Shown: positions 1-16,664 of the stretch, one piece after another
Layout of the letters: every line of letters begins with the position of its first letter
Position numbering within the stretch: the stretch's first letter is position 1
Source: Eledone cirrhosa
Lineage: Eukaryota
Direction: 5' to 3'
NCBI GenBank assembly: GCA_964016885.1
Contig: CAXHJY010000416.1
Coordinates: 1 to 64,000, forward strand
Length of the DNA: 64,000 nt
Position numbers and translations under genes: made by a program
Notes under the pieces: generated by a model
Databases searched by the model: none
The model's input: only the letters and a program-made list of their open reading frames with translations
What the model was told of the DNA's origin: nothing

Positions 1-74
1 GTTGCCAACGACCCGACCATGAGACAGGTTGTACTGGGATACATGTTACCAGTAGCACCAACTGGTGACCTGAC
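1..74. repeat. Fragment of an interspersed repeat, cut by the window edge
   Basis: ccatgagacaggttgtactgggatacatgttaccagtagca...gacctgac resembles 61424-61490 (ccatggaacaagttgtactgggttacatggtaccagtagca...gacctgac). Confidence 0.55.
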
Positions 75-158
75 ATATACATACATATATACATACATAC
101 ATATATACACACATATACACATACATATATACACACATATACACATACATATATATAC

Positions 159-191
<33 letters not shown>

Positions 192-699
192 CATATAATA
201 TAGACCACACAAATTCCACTACAGTGATAAATACTTCATCGGTCAGATAAAAAAGGACTATTACGGCCACCTTACCTACATTGTTTAAAAACACCAGCTT
301 ATCTTTACACTTGATATAATACACCCTAAGACAGTCTTTACATGTTAATTTTATACATCTGCCTCATGTCAGCTAGTTTTACACGCAAAATCATAGATAT
401 ACTATACTTCCCCCCTAGATTGATGTGATTATTTCAAATAAATTATTGCTAGCATTGTTGATATTGTTGTTATTGTTCTAACTGAATGCCATTACTACTA
501 CATATAGTAGCCTGTATATTCTTTTCATGCCTGTATATTCACTTCATTCTCGCAAGCTCACATGAACTGACTGGTTATAATTTTGTATTGGCGATCGAAT
601 AACGCGAAAATAAGCGGATAGCGATCTCTAGACCTACCAGTTCAGCAATGAGATTAAAAACATTTTTTGTATAGCAAACCGTGTCACTCTTCTTTCCTG

Positions 700-700
<1 letters not shown>

Positions 701-734
<34 letters not shown>

Positions 735-855
735 CATATACATATATATATATACATATACATACATATACATATATATATATACATATACATACATATA
801 CATATATATATATACATATATATACATATATATATATATATATACATATATATAC

Positions 856-886
<31 letters not shown>

Positions 887-1129
887 CATATATATACATA
901 TATATACATATATACATATATATACATATATATACATATATACATATATATACATATATATACATATATATATATATATACATATATATACATATATACA
1001 TATATATACATATATACATATATATACATATATATATATACATATATATACATATATACATATATATATATATATACATATATATACATATATACATATA
1101 TATACATATATATATATACATATATATAC

Positions 1130-1160
<31 letters not shown>

Positions 1161-1239
1161 CATATACATATATACATATATATACATATATATATACAAA
1201 TACATATATATATATACATATATATACATATATATATAC

Positions 1240-1284
<45 letters not shown>

Positions 1285-1538
1285 CATATATATACATATA
1301 TATACATATATACATATACATATATATACATATATATATATATACATATATATATACATATACATATATATATACATATACATATATATATACATATATA
1401 TATACATATACATATATATATACATATATATATACATATATATACATATACATATATATACATATATACATATATATATACATATATATACATATATATA
1501 CATATATACATATATATATACATATATACATATATACA
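701..1538. repeat. (TA)n microsatellite array with CA interruptions
   Basis: Direct reading; followed by a T-run at 1539-1557. Confidence 0.97.
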
Positions 1539-1557
1539 TTTTTTTTTTTTTTTTTTT

Positions 1558-4500
1558 AATGACCATGCTGTAAAATGGAGGGGTAGAGAGGGCCCTTGAG
1601 TCTAGTAAGACATCCTCTCTAGTGCTGGTGGCACAAATAAAAGCACCCAGTCCATGCTGTAAAGTGGCGCTGGTGTTAGGAAGGGCATCCAACCAGTGTA
1701 TCAATGCCAAAAAGCTTATCAGCACAGCAACAAAACAGCATAGAAAAATATGAAGACGTCGCATCTCAGAGTTGCAACACTTAATGTTGGCACTCTCAGA
1801 GGTAGGTCTGCTGAAATAGCGGAGATGCTGGAGAGAAGGCAGGTGGATGTGTGCTGCGTGCAAGAGGTGAGATGGAGGGGTGCCTCTGCGAGACTAGTCG
1901 TAGGCAAGCGTCTTAGCTATAAGCTATTCTGGGTAGGTAAGGATGATGGGTTAGGGGGAGTAGGCATTTTCCTGGCTGAGAAATGGATCAATAAGACAAT
2001 AGAGGTAGTTCGAGTTAGTAATCGAATAATTAAGCTTAGATTAGTTGTAGGTAGGAGACTACTGACAATCATCTCGGTCTATGCTCCCCAAGCAGGCCTA
2101 GGCAAAGATGAGAAAGACTGCTTTTATGAGCAACTTTTGCAAACAACCACAATGACAGAGGACACCACAATGACAGAGGACGGAGACATCGTTATGCTAG
2201 CAGGAGACTTCAATGGTCATGTTGGACAGCTCCAGGATGGTTACACTGGGGTACATGGTGGGCACGGTTACGGTTCAAGAAATGAAGAAGGAGTGAGACT
2301 TCTTGAATTTTGTGATGCAAGTACATTGACTATTTGCAACACAAACTTCCAGAAACCTGCCAATCACCTAATAACCTACAAATCTGGTGAGCACATAAGC
2401 CAGATTGACTTCCTGCTAGTTAGGCAGCGGGACAGGCAGATAGTGTCTAATACCAAGGCATACCCTGGGGAAGAATGTACCCCACAGCATAAGTTAGTTG
2501 TTAGTGATATCTCAGTAAGCAAGAGATGGAATGAGACATATAGGAAGGTGTGGAGAAGAAAGGTCTGGAAGCTAAAAGACCTTTCACTAAAATTCAAATT
2601 TAGGAAAGCCCTTCAAGATGTATATGACGAAAAAGAAGACGATTTAGAGACGTATGACATAGATAATAACTGGAAGTTCTTACGTGACAACTTGCTGAAG
2701 GCTACTGATGAAACCTGTGGCTGGAGCAGAGCTCCAACCAGACAGAGAGTGACCTGGTGGTGGAACAGCAGTGTAGATAAGGCTATTAGAGACAAAAGAC
2801 TAGCATGGAAGGCTTGGAATAAGGGTGGGAGTAGGGAAGAATATACAGCCACTAAGAGAGAAGCTAGACGTCAGGTGTACTTAGCACGCAGGGAGGCAGA
2901 GAGTAGGAGGTTTGCCAATGTTCTGCGACGGGAAGATCAGAGGCGTGCGGTGTTCCACATTGCAAGGCAGTGTGTCAATGCAAATCAGGATGTTGTTGGT
3001 GATAAATGTGTCCGGGATGATGCCGGTGTACTTAGTGTCACGAATGACCAGAAAAAGGAGGCCTGGAAATGTCATTATGAGAGACTGATGAATGTGGAGA
3101 ACGAATGGGAGAGAGAGAAATTACCCTTGGTAGATCCGACAGAGGGACCAGCTATTGAGATTGACGAATATAGGGTCCAAGAGGCGATTAGGGAAATGAA
3201 AAATGGTAAGGCGGCCGGACCATCGGGAATAGTTGCTGAGATGCTGAAGGCATCAGGGGACGTAGGCACTAAACTGGTTGCACGCATAATCAATCAGGCT
3301 ATATATGGTGGTGTCATACCCAAAGACTGGTGCAGCAGTATTCTCATAAATTGCTACAAAGGTAAAGGGGATGCTTTGGAGAGGAGCAATTATAGGGGTA
3401 TAAAACTGATAGATCAGGTTATGAAAGTGGCAGAAAGGATTCTAGCACAACTAATTAGAGAAAGGGTCAAACTAGATGAGATGCAGTTTGGTTTTGTGCC
3501 TGGGAAGAGTACAACAGATGCCCTCTTCTTGGTGAGACAAATGCAAGAGAGGTTCTTAGAGAAGAATAAGCCACTATACTTAGCCTTTGTTGACCTAGAG
3601 AAGGCCTTTGATAGGGTACCCCGATCTGTCATCTGGTGGTCCCTAAGGAAGCTGGGTGTTGAGGAATGGCTTGTAAGGACAGTGCAAACTTTGTACAGAG
3701 GTACTCTCAGTAAAGTCAGGGTAGGAATGGAGTTTAGTGAGGAATTCCAGATACAAGTAGGAGTACATCAGGGTTCGGTCCTCAGCCCGCTCTTGTTCAT
3801 TATAGTCCTCCAAGCCATAACAGAGGAGTTTAAGACTGGCTGTCCATGGGAACTTCTCTATGCTGACGATCTGGCTCTTATGGCAGAATCAGTAGAGGAG
3901 CTAGAGAATAAATTCCGGCTATGGAAACAGCAGTTGGAAGCAAGAGGACTGAGAGTAAATCTAGCTAAGACAAAAGTGTTGATGAGTAGAAAAGAGGACA
4001 AAACCCTGATTCCGTCAGGGAAATGGCCATGTTCGATATGCAGAAAAGGAACTGGCATAAATTCTATAAAATGCACACAATGTAGGTCCTGGGTACACAA
4101 GAGATGTAGCGGGATAGCAGGCAAACTAACAGGTAGGGAGAAATATGTATGCAGTAGATGTACAGGGAAATTAGACAGTAGAAGTCGCACTGATAGACAC
4201 ATTTTTCAAATGCGAGAGGGCGCTATAGAAGTGGTGGATAGCTTCCGGTACCTAGGAGATCAGATTAGCATGGGAGGAGGGTGTTCCGAGGCCATAGTAT
4301 CTAGAATAAGGACGGGTTGGAAGAAGTTTAGGGAGCTGCTTCCTCTGTTGACGAAGAAGGGTTTCTCCCTGCGTACGAAAGGCCGGTTGTATGATGCCTG
4401 TGTGAGGAGCGCGATGCTGCATGGTAGTGAGACATGGGCAGCTACCGCAGAAGATATGCGACGGCTGGAGAGAAATGAGGCAAGCATGCTCCGTTGGATG

Positions 4501-4857
4501 TGCAGTGTAAATGTGCGTGAACGACCCAGCATAAATGTGTTGAGAGAGAAACTGTGTCTGAGAGGGATAGAATGTAGTGTACGGGAGAGGAGACTGAGGT
4601 GGTATGGACATGTGATGCGCATGGAGGATGACCGATGGGTGAAGAAGTGCCAGGAAATGCCAGTTGAAGGAAGACGTGGTAGAGGTAGACCACGAAAAAC
4701 ATGGGCGGAGGTGGTGAGAACAGAGCTCAGATCATTGAAGCTCACGGTGGAGATGACGAGGGACCGTGACGAGTGGAGAGATGCTGTGCTGAATAAGACC
4801 CGTCCCACCCTTGCAAGCAGGGAAAAGCGGACGTAAAATGATGATGATGATGATGAT
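1558..4857 (+). mobile_element. RTE-clade non-LTR retrotransposon (RTE-A), near full length
   Basis: Single EN-RT ORF, short 5' UTR, (TGA)n tail at 4839-4857 directly after the stop codon, microsatellite on both sides. Confidence 0.93.
1750..4836 (+). CDS. APE endonuclease + reverse transcriptase, 1028 aa, with a Cys-rich PHD-like insert
   Basis: [27 protein letters not shown] (APE); [32 protein letters not shown] (RT); RRLRWYGHV and RGRPRKTW (RTE C-terminus); no internal stops. Confidence 0.95.
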   Translation: MKTSHLRVATLNVGTLRGRSAEIAEMLERRQVDVCCVQEVRWRGASARLVVGKRLSYKLFWVGKDDGLGGVGIFLAEKWINKTIEVVRVSNRIIKLRLVVGRRLLTIISVYAPQAGLGKDEKDCFYEQLLQTTTMTEDTTMTEDGDIVMLAGDFNGHVGQLQDGYTGVHGGHGYGSRNEEGVRLLEFCDASTLTICNTNFQKPANHLITYKSGEHISQIDFLLVRQRDRQIVSNTKAYPGEECTPQHKLVVSDISVSKRWNETYRKVWRRKVWKLKDLSLKFKFRKALQDVYDEKEDDLETYDIDNNWKFLRDNLLKATDETCGWSRAPTRQRVTWWWNSSVDKAIRDKRLAWKAWNKGGSREEYTATKREARRQVYLARREAESRRFANVLRREDQRRAVFHIARQCVNANQDVVGDKCVRDDAGVLSVTNDQKKEAWKCHYERLMNVENEWEREKLPLVDPTEGPAIEIDEYRVQEAIREMKNGKAAGPSGIVAEMLKASGDVGTKLVARIINQAIYGGVIPKDWCSSILINCYKGKGDALERSNYRGIKLIDQVMKVAERILAQLIRERVKLDEMQFGFVPGKSTTDALFLVRQMQERFLEKNKPLYLAFVDLEKAFDRVPRSVIWWSLRKLGVEEWLVRTVQTLYRGTLSKVRVGMEFSEEFQIQVGVHQGSVLSPLLFIIVLQAITEEFKTGCPWELLYADDLALMAESVEELENKFRLWKQQLEARGLRVNLAKTKVLMSRKEDKTLIPSGKWPCSICRKGTGINSIKCTQCRSWVHKRCSGIAGKLTGREKYVCSRCTGKLDSRSRTDRHIFQMREGAIEVVDSFRYLGDQISMGGGCSEAIVSRIRTGWKKFRELLPLLTKKGFSLRTKGRLYDACVRSAMLHGSETWAATAEDMRRLERNEASMLRWMCSVNVRERPSINVLREKLCLRGIECSVRERRLRWYGHVMRMEDDRWVKKCQEMPVEGRRGRGRPRKTWAEVVRTELRSLKLTVEMTRDRDEWRDAVLNKTRPTLASREKRT

Positions 4858-8326
<3,469 letters not shown>

Positions 8327-8753
8327 ATAGTAATAATAATAAAATTGAAGACTAAAATCCAGAGAGGGCTCGATAAGGAAAACATATATTAAATATATAA
8401 GAACCGAAGAGCAAATATTTATTAAAATAACAGATTAAAGTTTAAGCAAAGAATCGCTGCTTTCACCCTTAACGGGATCTTCTGAAACTAACAAAGTCAA
8501 TCTGTAAACGCAGAACTGGATATTTCAAAAAACGTTGCAACCGGAGGAAGACAGGAAGACGATACTTTGGTTCATGGTGACGTTCGCTGCCAAAGAACGG
8601 GAAAAAACGAATATAATACGTCATTAATAGGTTGCAACGTTTTTTGAAATATCCAGTTCTGCGTTTACAGATTGACTTTGTTAGTTTCAGAAGATCCCGT
8701 TAAGGGTGAAAGCAGCGATTCTTTGCTTAAACTTTAATCTGTTATTTTAATAA

Positions 8754-8757
<4 letters not shown>
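8327..8757. mobile_element. Inverted-repeat remnant, probably a Penelope-like pLTR with an inverted partial copy
   Basis: 128-bp arms 8415-8542 and 8630-8757 read as exact reverse complements around an 87-bp spacer; each arm holds a hammerhead-like motif; both ends run into (TA)n. Confidence 0.7.
8683..8733 (+). ncRNA. Type I hammerhead-like motif with variant core CAGAAGA; mirror copy at 8439-8489 (-)
   Basis: AGTTT-CAGAAGA-t CCC gttaa GGG t-GAAA-GCA..TGC-TT-AAACT; stem I can extend via cagattga/ttaatctg. Confidence 0.55.
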
Positions 8758-8817
<60 letters not shown>

Positions 8818-8899
8818 CAATATATATATATATATATACAATATATATATATATATATACAATATATATATATATATACACAATATATATATATATATA

Positions 8900-8940
<41 letters not shown>

Positions 8941-8985
8941 CAATATATATATATATATATATACAATATATATATATATATACAA

Positions 8986-9058
<73 letters not shown>

Positions 9059-9062
9059 ATAT

Positions 9063-9098
<36 letters not shown>

Positions 9099-9207
9099 AT
9101 ATATATACAATATATATATATATATACAATATATATATACAATATATATATATATATATATATACAATATATATATATATATATATATACAATATATATA
9201 TATATAT

Positions 9208-9249
<42 letters not shown>

Positions 9250-9277
9250 ATATATATATATATATATATATACAATA

Positions 9278-9363
<86 letters not shown>

Positions 9364-9396
9364 CATATATATATACATATATATATACATATATAC

Positions 9397-9427
<31 letters not shown>

Positions 9428-9480
9428 CATATATATATACATATATATATATACATATATATATATACATATATATATAT

Positions 9481-9523
<43 letters not shown>

Positions 9524-9635
9524 CATACATATATATATATATATATATACATATATACATATATATACATATATATATATATATATACATATATACATAT
9601 ATATATACATATATACATATATATATATACATACA

Positions 9636-9667
<32 letters not shown>

Positions 9668-9805
9668 CATATATATACATACATATATATATACATACAT
9701 ATATATATACATATACATACATATACATATATATATATATACATATACATACATATATATACATATACATATACATATACATATATATATACATATACAT
9801 ATACA

Positions 9806-9859
<54 letters not shown>

Positions 9860-9884
9860 CATATATATATACATATATATATAC

Positions 9885-9947
<63 letters not shown>

Positions 9948-9996
9948 CATATATATATACATATATATATATATACATATACATATATATATATAC

Positions 9997-10027
<31 letters not shown>

Positions 10028-10185
10028 CATACATATATATATATACATACATATATATATATATATACATACATATATATATATATATACATACATATAT
10101 ATATATATACATACATATATATATACATACATATATATATATATATATACATACATATATATATATATATATACATACATATATA
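8758..10185. repeat. (TA)n array; TACAA-interrupted segment followed by TACA-interrupted segment
   Basis: Direct reading. Confidence 0.97.
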
Positions 10186-10246
10186 TGATGGCTGCCCCCT
10201 CGTTATCGAGTATGGCCATTGCACAATAAAAAAAAAAAATAAAAAA

Positions 10247-10295
<49 letters not shown>

Positions 10296-10374
10296 GCAAT
10301 AATAATAATAACGACAACAACAATAATAATATACATATTCATATATATATACACACACACGCACGCACATAAGC

Positions 10375-10412
<38 letters not shown>

Positions 10413-13400
10413 GATAGCAACTAACAGTGCTGCGATCGAATGTGGCTTTTTAGCCCAGCCAATGATCCAAAATGTCTTGCACAGAGTCGGCAACCAAAAC
10501 ATTTACTGGGAATAGTCGGCTGTGGTTGGAGTTCGTGTACTTTTGCATGTCGCTTGAGTCCTCCTGCTGATTTACATTCTCTACCACATGTTTGGCAAGC
10601 ATGATGAGTAGCATCTCCAACAGCAGCCTGGTAGTCAACCACTGGTCTTACTTTATGACTGCGAAGATGACTTTCGAGTCCAGCTTTGCTTAGGCAGAGT
10701 CTCGCACAGACGCTGCATGTCAGAAACATAGGAGGACCCTCGCCGTCTGGAAGTGCAACAGCAATACCCTTCCTCACGTCCCGCTTTACTTTCTCGTGTG
10801 CGATTCGAGATGCCTCAAAGGCAACTTTTCCCTCATATACAGTCTTTCTCCATTTATTACGATCAGCAGCAATATTTTCCCATGTATCAGCAGAGATGTT
10901 AGCGTCTTTCAGAGAGGCCTTCAAGGAATCCTTATACCTCTTTTTTGGTTTATGTGGCGGTCGTTTTCCTTTAACCAACTCTCCATAGAAGAGTTGTTTT
11001 GGTATTCTAGAATCCTTCATCCTGGCAAGGTGACCACTCCAACGGAGTCGCTGCTTAAGCACAAGAGCTTCTATACTGTCACACATAGAGCTTTCCAAAA
11101 TCTCGACATCACTGATGTGGTCCCACCAGCGAACGCCATGTATCCGTCTGAGACACATCTGATGGAAAGGCTCCAATTGCTTAAGGTGGCGTCGATATGT
11201 GACCCAGGTCTCGCAGGCATAAAGAAGACAAGAGAGTACACATGCCCTGTACACCTTTACCTTTGTCCTCCTGCATATGTCTCGCCGACCCCAGAGTCGC
11301 CTTTCTAGCTTTCCGAAAGCATCACTTGCTTTCCTAATCCTAAGTGAGATTTCACCGTCAAGGTTGCCGTATCGATTGACAGTGCTTCCCAGGTAGACAA
11401 ACTGATCAACCAAGCCAAGTCGTCTGCCATACACATAGATGTTTGGTTCAGTGTACTGCCTACCAGGTGCAGGTTGGTACATGACGACGGTTTTCTTGAG
11501 ACTGACAGTCAAACCCAGGGCAGTGCAAGCGTCAGAAAATACATTCAAAATGTGCTGCATATCACTCTCTGTGTGCGCTACAAGATCGCAATCATCTGCA
11601 TACAAGAGGTCTCTTATGACTGATGTAAATACTTTTGTCTTCGCAGCAAAGCGCCTGATGTTAAATATGCTGCCCGAGGTTCGATATCGGATGTAAACAC
11701 CATGCTCGCAATTCCTGAATGCAATACAGAAAACCATTGCAAAGTATATGGCAAACAGGGTCGGTGCTGGAATATCCCCCTGTTTCACTCCATTTTTCAC
11801 TGAGATAGGCTCCGACATGTTACCTCCGACATTAACCCAAGCCTTCATGTCGTCATGGAAAGACCTAACTAAAGCAAGGAACTTATCAGGGCAACCAAGT
11901 TTCTGGAGAACCTTCCATAATGCATCTCTGTTGACAGTATCGAAAGCCTTTGTCAGATCGACAAAAACCTGATACAGATCCAAGCCCTGTTCAATGCACT
12001 TCTCCTGGAGCTGTCTAGCTGAGAAGATCATATCAGTAGTGCCGCGTCCAACACGAAAACCAGATTGACTTTCAGGAAGGACACAATCTGCAATGTGTGT
12101 CAGCAGACGGTCCAGAAGCACCCTACATAAAACTTTCCCCACGACAGAAAGCAATGATATACCTCTGTAGTTCCCACAATCATTCCTGTTACCCTTTCCC
12201 TTGTACAAGACCACCATTACTGCATCTCTCCAGTCCTCAGGCACGGATTCATTAGCCCATATCCTTCCAAACAGAGAGTGAAGATGTTGCAGGAGTCTCT
12301 CACCACCATATTGTAGGAGCTCAGCATGTATGCCATCCATACCTGGAGATCTTCCACTGTTCAGCTTCGAAATAGCCACTGCAACCTCCACAAGTGTCGG
12401 AGGCTCTGCGAGAGCTACTTTCACAGGACTTTCCGGAATGAGATTGAGGAAATCTTCACTGACGACAGACGGCTGATTCAAAAGATCATCAAAGTGCTCC
12501 CGCCACCTTCGTAGAATTCCCTGTGAGTCACGAAGAAGTTCTTTGCCATCCTTGCTGCGAATCGGTGTCACCAGAGAAGAAGACGGTCCATAAACCTCAC
12601 GCAAGAGACTGTACAACAGCTTTGTGTTATTGCAATCAGACGCAGTTTGTATCTCACCAGCCTTCTCACTCCACCACTGATCCTTCATCTGAGAAAGACT
12701 CCGCCTAACACGTGATTTTACATCCCTGAGCTCCTCATGCAACGTATTCCTCTCCTGTGGTCTTGCCGTCAAGTAGCGTGACAGAGCGCGCCTCTTATCA
12801 GCCAACAAGTCATCTATATGCACATCTTTCTCATTAAACCAGTCCTGATGTTTTCTCTGCACCAATCCCAGAACACGTCTGCCTACATCATAAACCGACT
12901 TTTTAAGGGTCGGCCAATCCTCACCAAGATCTGCAGCCTGCATCTCTTCTTCCAATGTCCTCTTCACATTTTTATCCTGAAGACGAGCAGCATTCAATCT
13001 TTTGGGCAGGGTAACACCAGGAGCCCGGATTTTACGTTTGGTGATTAGATTCACTTTTGCGCGTACCAGGCGGTGGTCCGTCCAGCACTCAGCTCCACGA
13101 AGAACACGAACACACCGCACATCCTGTCTGTCACGCATCCTGACTAGGACGTAGTCCAAAAGATGCCATTCCTTAGATGCAGGATGCATCCATGTGGTCT
13201 TGAATTTGTTCTTTTGTTGGAACATGGTGTTGGTAACACACAGATCCAGCTCCTCACACATCTGCAGCAAGAGCATACCATTGCTGTTACACTTTCCCAC
13301 CCCATGCCTTCCGATTACATTCCATGTGTTAAAATCCCTACCCACTCTAGCATTAAAGTCACCAAGCACGATGACTTTGTCTGCCTGAGGGATATTTCTT

Positions 13401-14006
13401 AAAACACCTTTCAAGGCATGGTAAAAGGACAGTTTTTCTTCATCGACAGAATTCATAGTTGGAGCATACACACTCACCAGGGTAGCATATCTTCCCTTGT
13501 CCAGCGGAACTCTCATGGACATAAGACGCTCACTAATCCCCACTGGGAATTCTTCCAATTTATTCACCAGTACAGTCTTAACAGCAAATCCCACCCCAGC
13601 CTCTCTTCTGGTTCCTTCATCTCTTCCTTTCCAGAAGAATGTATATTCTCCACAAAATTCCGTAAGATGACCATCTCCAGCTAACCTCGTCTCAGACAAA
13701 GCCACGATGTCAAGATCGTAACGTCGAAGCTCCTTCGCAACAAGAGCGGTCCTTCGTTCAGGACGCTCCAAAGAATCCCTGTCAAGCAGCGTCCGTACGT
13801 TCCAGCAGCCAAGACTAAATGCCCTGTTTGGCTCTATTACAATGGCACGATGACGGGCGGGCCCAGGTTGTGATAACTTGGGGCCCCTGCCCTTATTGCC
13901 AATGATCCTTTTTGTTCCAGAACCCAAATTGGCAATTATCTCGTTTACATTGTTCTGGAACATCATTGAATTGGAAAAAAAAAAAAAAAAAAAAAAAGTA
14001 ATAATA

Positions 14007-14044
<38 letters not shown>

Positions 14045-14345
14045 ACACTATTAATAATTATTAATGCACTCGTGCAATGCCTGTGCGTGACGAATATTTT
14101 TAAAGTGAGGAAAGACTGTGCACTGAACCAATCCCACTCTCTGAGCGACAGTAGCTATAACCCGAAAAGAAGAAAAGATCAACATCATCGGTAACTACTG
14201 AGCCGCAGGTTTTATATCGGAGTTAACCCAGTTTCCTGAGATGCCTTCTCCTAGAAGAATACCCTGACATGGGCTAGGGGTTCTTCACTCCCAGTGGTTT
14301 AACTGCGCGATCGGGCATCCAGCCCGATTATTTCTATGTCCCCGC

Positions 14346-14347
<2 letters not shown>
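10186..14347 (-). mobile_element. RTE-clade non-LTR retrotransposon (RTE-B), apparently full length
   Basis: Intact ORF; 5' UTR with the RTE-type taggagaagg...gatataaaacc motif; 3' end ggccatactcgataacgagggggcagccatca running into (TA/TG)n. Confidence 0.93.
10421..13966 (-). CDS. APE endonuclease + reverse transcriptase + three C-terminal C2H2 zinc fingers, 1181 aa
   Basis: WNVRTL, LSETR, GDFNARVG, TDH; QSGFR, FVDLTKAFD, GVKQG, LLYADD; RLRWSGHL; three CxxC-x12-H-x3/4-H motifs. Confidence 0.95.
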   Translation of the reverse strand: MMFQNNVNEIIANLGSGTKRIIGNKGRGPKLSQPGPARHRAIVIEPNRAFSLGCWNVRTLLDRDSLERPERRTALVAKELRRYDLDIVALSETRLAGDGHLTEFCGEYTFFWKGRDEGTRREAGVGFAVKTVLVNKLEEFPVGISERLMSMRVPLDKGRYATLVSVYAPTMNSVDEEKLSFYHALKGVLRNIPQADKVIVLGDFNARVGRDFNTWNVIGRHGVGKCNSNGMLLLQMCEELDLCVTNTMFQQKNKFKTTWMHPASKEWHLLDYVLVRMRDRQDVRCVRVLRGAECWTDHRLVRAKVNLITKRKIRAPGVTLPKRLNAARLQDKNVKRTLEEEMQAADLGEDWPTLKKSVYDVGRRVLGLVQRKHQDWFNEKDVHIDDLLADKRRALSRYLTARPQERNTLHEELRDVKSRVRRSLSQMKDQWWSEKAGEIQTASDCNNTKLLYSLLREVYGPSSSLVTPIRSKDGKELLRDSQGILRRWREHFDDLLNQPSVVSEDFLNLIPESPVKVALAEPPTLVEVAVAISKLNSGRSPGMDGIHAELLQYGGERLLQHLHSLFGRIWANESVPEDWRDAVMVVLYKGKGNRNDCGNYRGISLLSVVGKVLCRVLLDRLLTHIADCVLPESQSGFRVGRGTTDMIFSARQLQEKCIEQGLDLYQVFVDLTKAFDTVNRDALWKVLQKLGCPDKFLALVRSFHDDMKAWVNVGGNMSEPISVKNGVKQGDIPAPTLFAIYFAMVFCIAFRNCEHGVYIRYRTSGSIFNIRRFAAKTKVFTSVIRDLLYADDCDLVAHTESDMQHILNVFSDACTALGLTVSLKKTVVMYQPAPGRQYTEPNIYVYGRRLGLVDQFVYLGSTVNRYGNLDGEISLRIRKASDAFGKLERRLWGRRDICRRTKVKVYRACVLSCLLYACETWVTYRRHLKQLEPFHQMCLRRIHGVRWWDHISDVEILESSMCDSIEALVLKQRLRWSGHLARMKDSRIPKQLFYGELVKGKRPPHKPKKRYKDSLKASLKDANISADTWENIAADRNKWRKTVYEGKVAFEASRIAHEKVKRDVRKGIAVALPDGEGPPMFLTCSVCARLCLSKAGLESHLRSHKVRPVVDYQAAVGDATHHACQTCGRECKSAGGLKRHAKVHELQPQPTIPSKCFGCRLCARHFGSLAGLKSHIRSQHC

Positions 14348-14380
<33 letters not shown>

Positions 14381-14383
<3 letters not shown>

Positions 14384-14452
14384 TACATATATATATATAT
14401 ATACATACATACATACATATATATATATATATACATACATATATATATATAT

Positions 14453-14491
<39 letters not shown>

Positions 14492-14515
14492 CATATATAT
14501 ATATATATACATACA

Positions 14516-14556
<41 letters not shown>

Positions 14557-14614
14557 ATATACATACATATATATATATATACATACATATATATATATAC
14601 ATACATATATATAT

Positions 14615-14647
<33 letters not shown>

Positions 14648-14786
14648 CATACATATATATATATATACATACATATATATATATACATACATATATATAT
14701 ATATACATACATATATATATATACATACATATATATATATACATACATATATATATATATATATATACATACATATACATATATAT

Positions 14787-14819
<33 letters not shown>

Positions 14820-14879
14820 CATACATATACATATATATATACATACATATATATATACATACATATATATATACATACA

Positions 14880-14953
<74 letters not shown>

Positions 14954-15348
14954 CATACATATATATATATACATACATATATATATATACATACATATAT
15001 ATATATACATACATACATATACATATACATATACATACATATATATATACATACATATATATATACATACATATATATATACATACATATACATACATAC
15101 ACATATATATATACATATATACATACATACATATATATATATACATATATATATACATATATATATACATACATATATATATACATACATATATATATAC
15201 ATACATATATATATACATACATATATATATACATACATATATATATACATACATATATATATACATACATATATATATACATACATATATATATACATAC
15301 ATATATATATACATACATATATATATACATACATATATATATACATAC

Positions 15349-15379
<31 letters not shown>

Positions 15380-15455
15380 CATACATATATATATATACAT
15401 ACATATATATATACATATACATATATATATACATACATATATATATACATACATA
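14381..15455. repeat. (TA)n/(TACA)n array
   Basis: Direct reading. Confidence 0.97.
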
Positions 15456-15865
15456 TGGTGGCTGCCAACTCGTTTTCGAGTATGGCCACTACTTTATATC
15501 CATGTAGGAGAACCCCTACCGATGTGCTGAACGAGTGTGACTTTTTAGTCCAGCCAGTGACTTGAAAACTCTGGTACAAACACTACACTTGTGACAATTA
15601 TTGACACATAGTGCTGGGCCCATGGTACCATGTGACGACAAGTGCAGAGAGATCTCCAGATATAAAGCAATGCCTGTGCCGTGAAGCTTTTATAGTGAGC
15701 AAAGGCACTGCACAAAGCCAGTCCCACTCTCTTAACCAAGATGATATTTACCAAAAAGAAGAACAAGTCAACATCATTGGATACCATCAGGGTTGCAGGT
15801 GTTATATCAGAGTTTTCCTTCTCCTAGAATTCTGCCTTGACAAAGGCTAAGGGGTCATCTCTCCC
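15456..15865 (-). mobile_element. Bipartite non-autonomous RTE derivative, copy 1 (5'-truncated)
   Basis: Near-identical to 35211-35620 and 39956-40330; similar to both the 5' UTR and the 3' terminus of RTE-B. Confidence 0.85.
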
Positions 15866-15887
15866 ATATATATATATATATACATAC

Positions 15888-15944
<57 letters not shown>

Positions 15945-15961
15945 CATATATATATACACAC

Positions 15962-15994
<33 letters not shown>

Positions 15995-16331
15995 CATACA
16001 TATATATATATATACACATATATATATATACATACATATATATATATATACACATATATATATATACACATATATATATATACACATATAAATATATATA
16101 TACATATATATATATATATACACATATATATATATATATATACACATAAATATATATATACACATATATATATATATACATATATTTATATATATATACA
16201 CATATATATATATATACACATATATATATACACATATATATATATACATATATATATACACATATATATATATATACACACATATATATATATATATATA
16301 TATACAAATATATATATATACATATATACAC

Positions 16332-16362
<31 letters not shown>

Positions 16363-16457
16363 CATATATATATACATATACATATACATATACATATATA
16401 TATATACATATATATATATATACATATATACATATATATATATATACATATATACAC

Positions 16458-16488
<31 letters not shown>

Positions 16489-16591
16489 CATATATATATA
16501 CATATACATATACATATATATATATACATATATATATATATACATATATACATATATATATATATACATATATATATACATATATATATAC

Positions 16592-16622
<31 letters not shown>

Positions 16623-16633
16623 CATATATATAC

Positions 16634-16664
<31 letters not shown>

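Noticed and set aside
2146-2181. 18-bp in-frame duplication (TTMTED x2) in the RTE-A endonuclease
   Set aside because: Real but ordinary local slippage; frame preserved.
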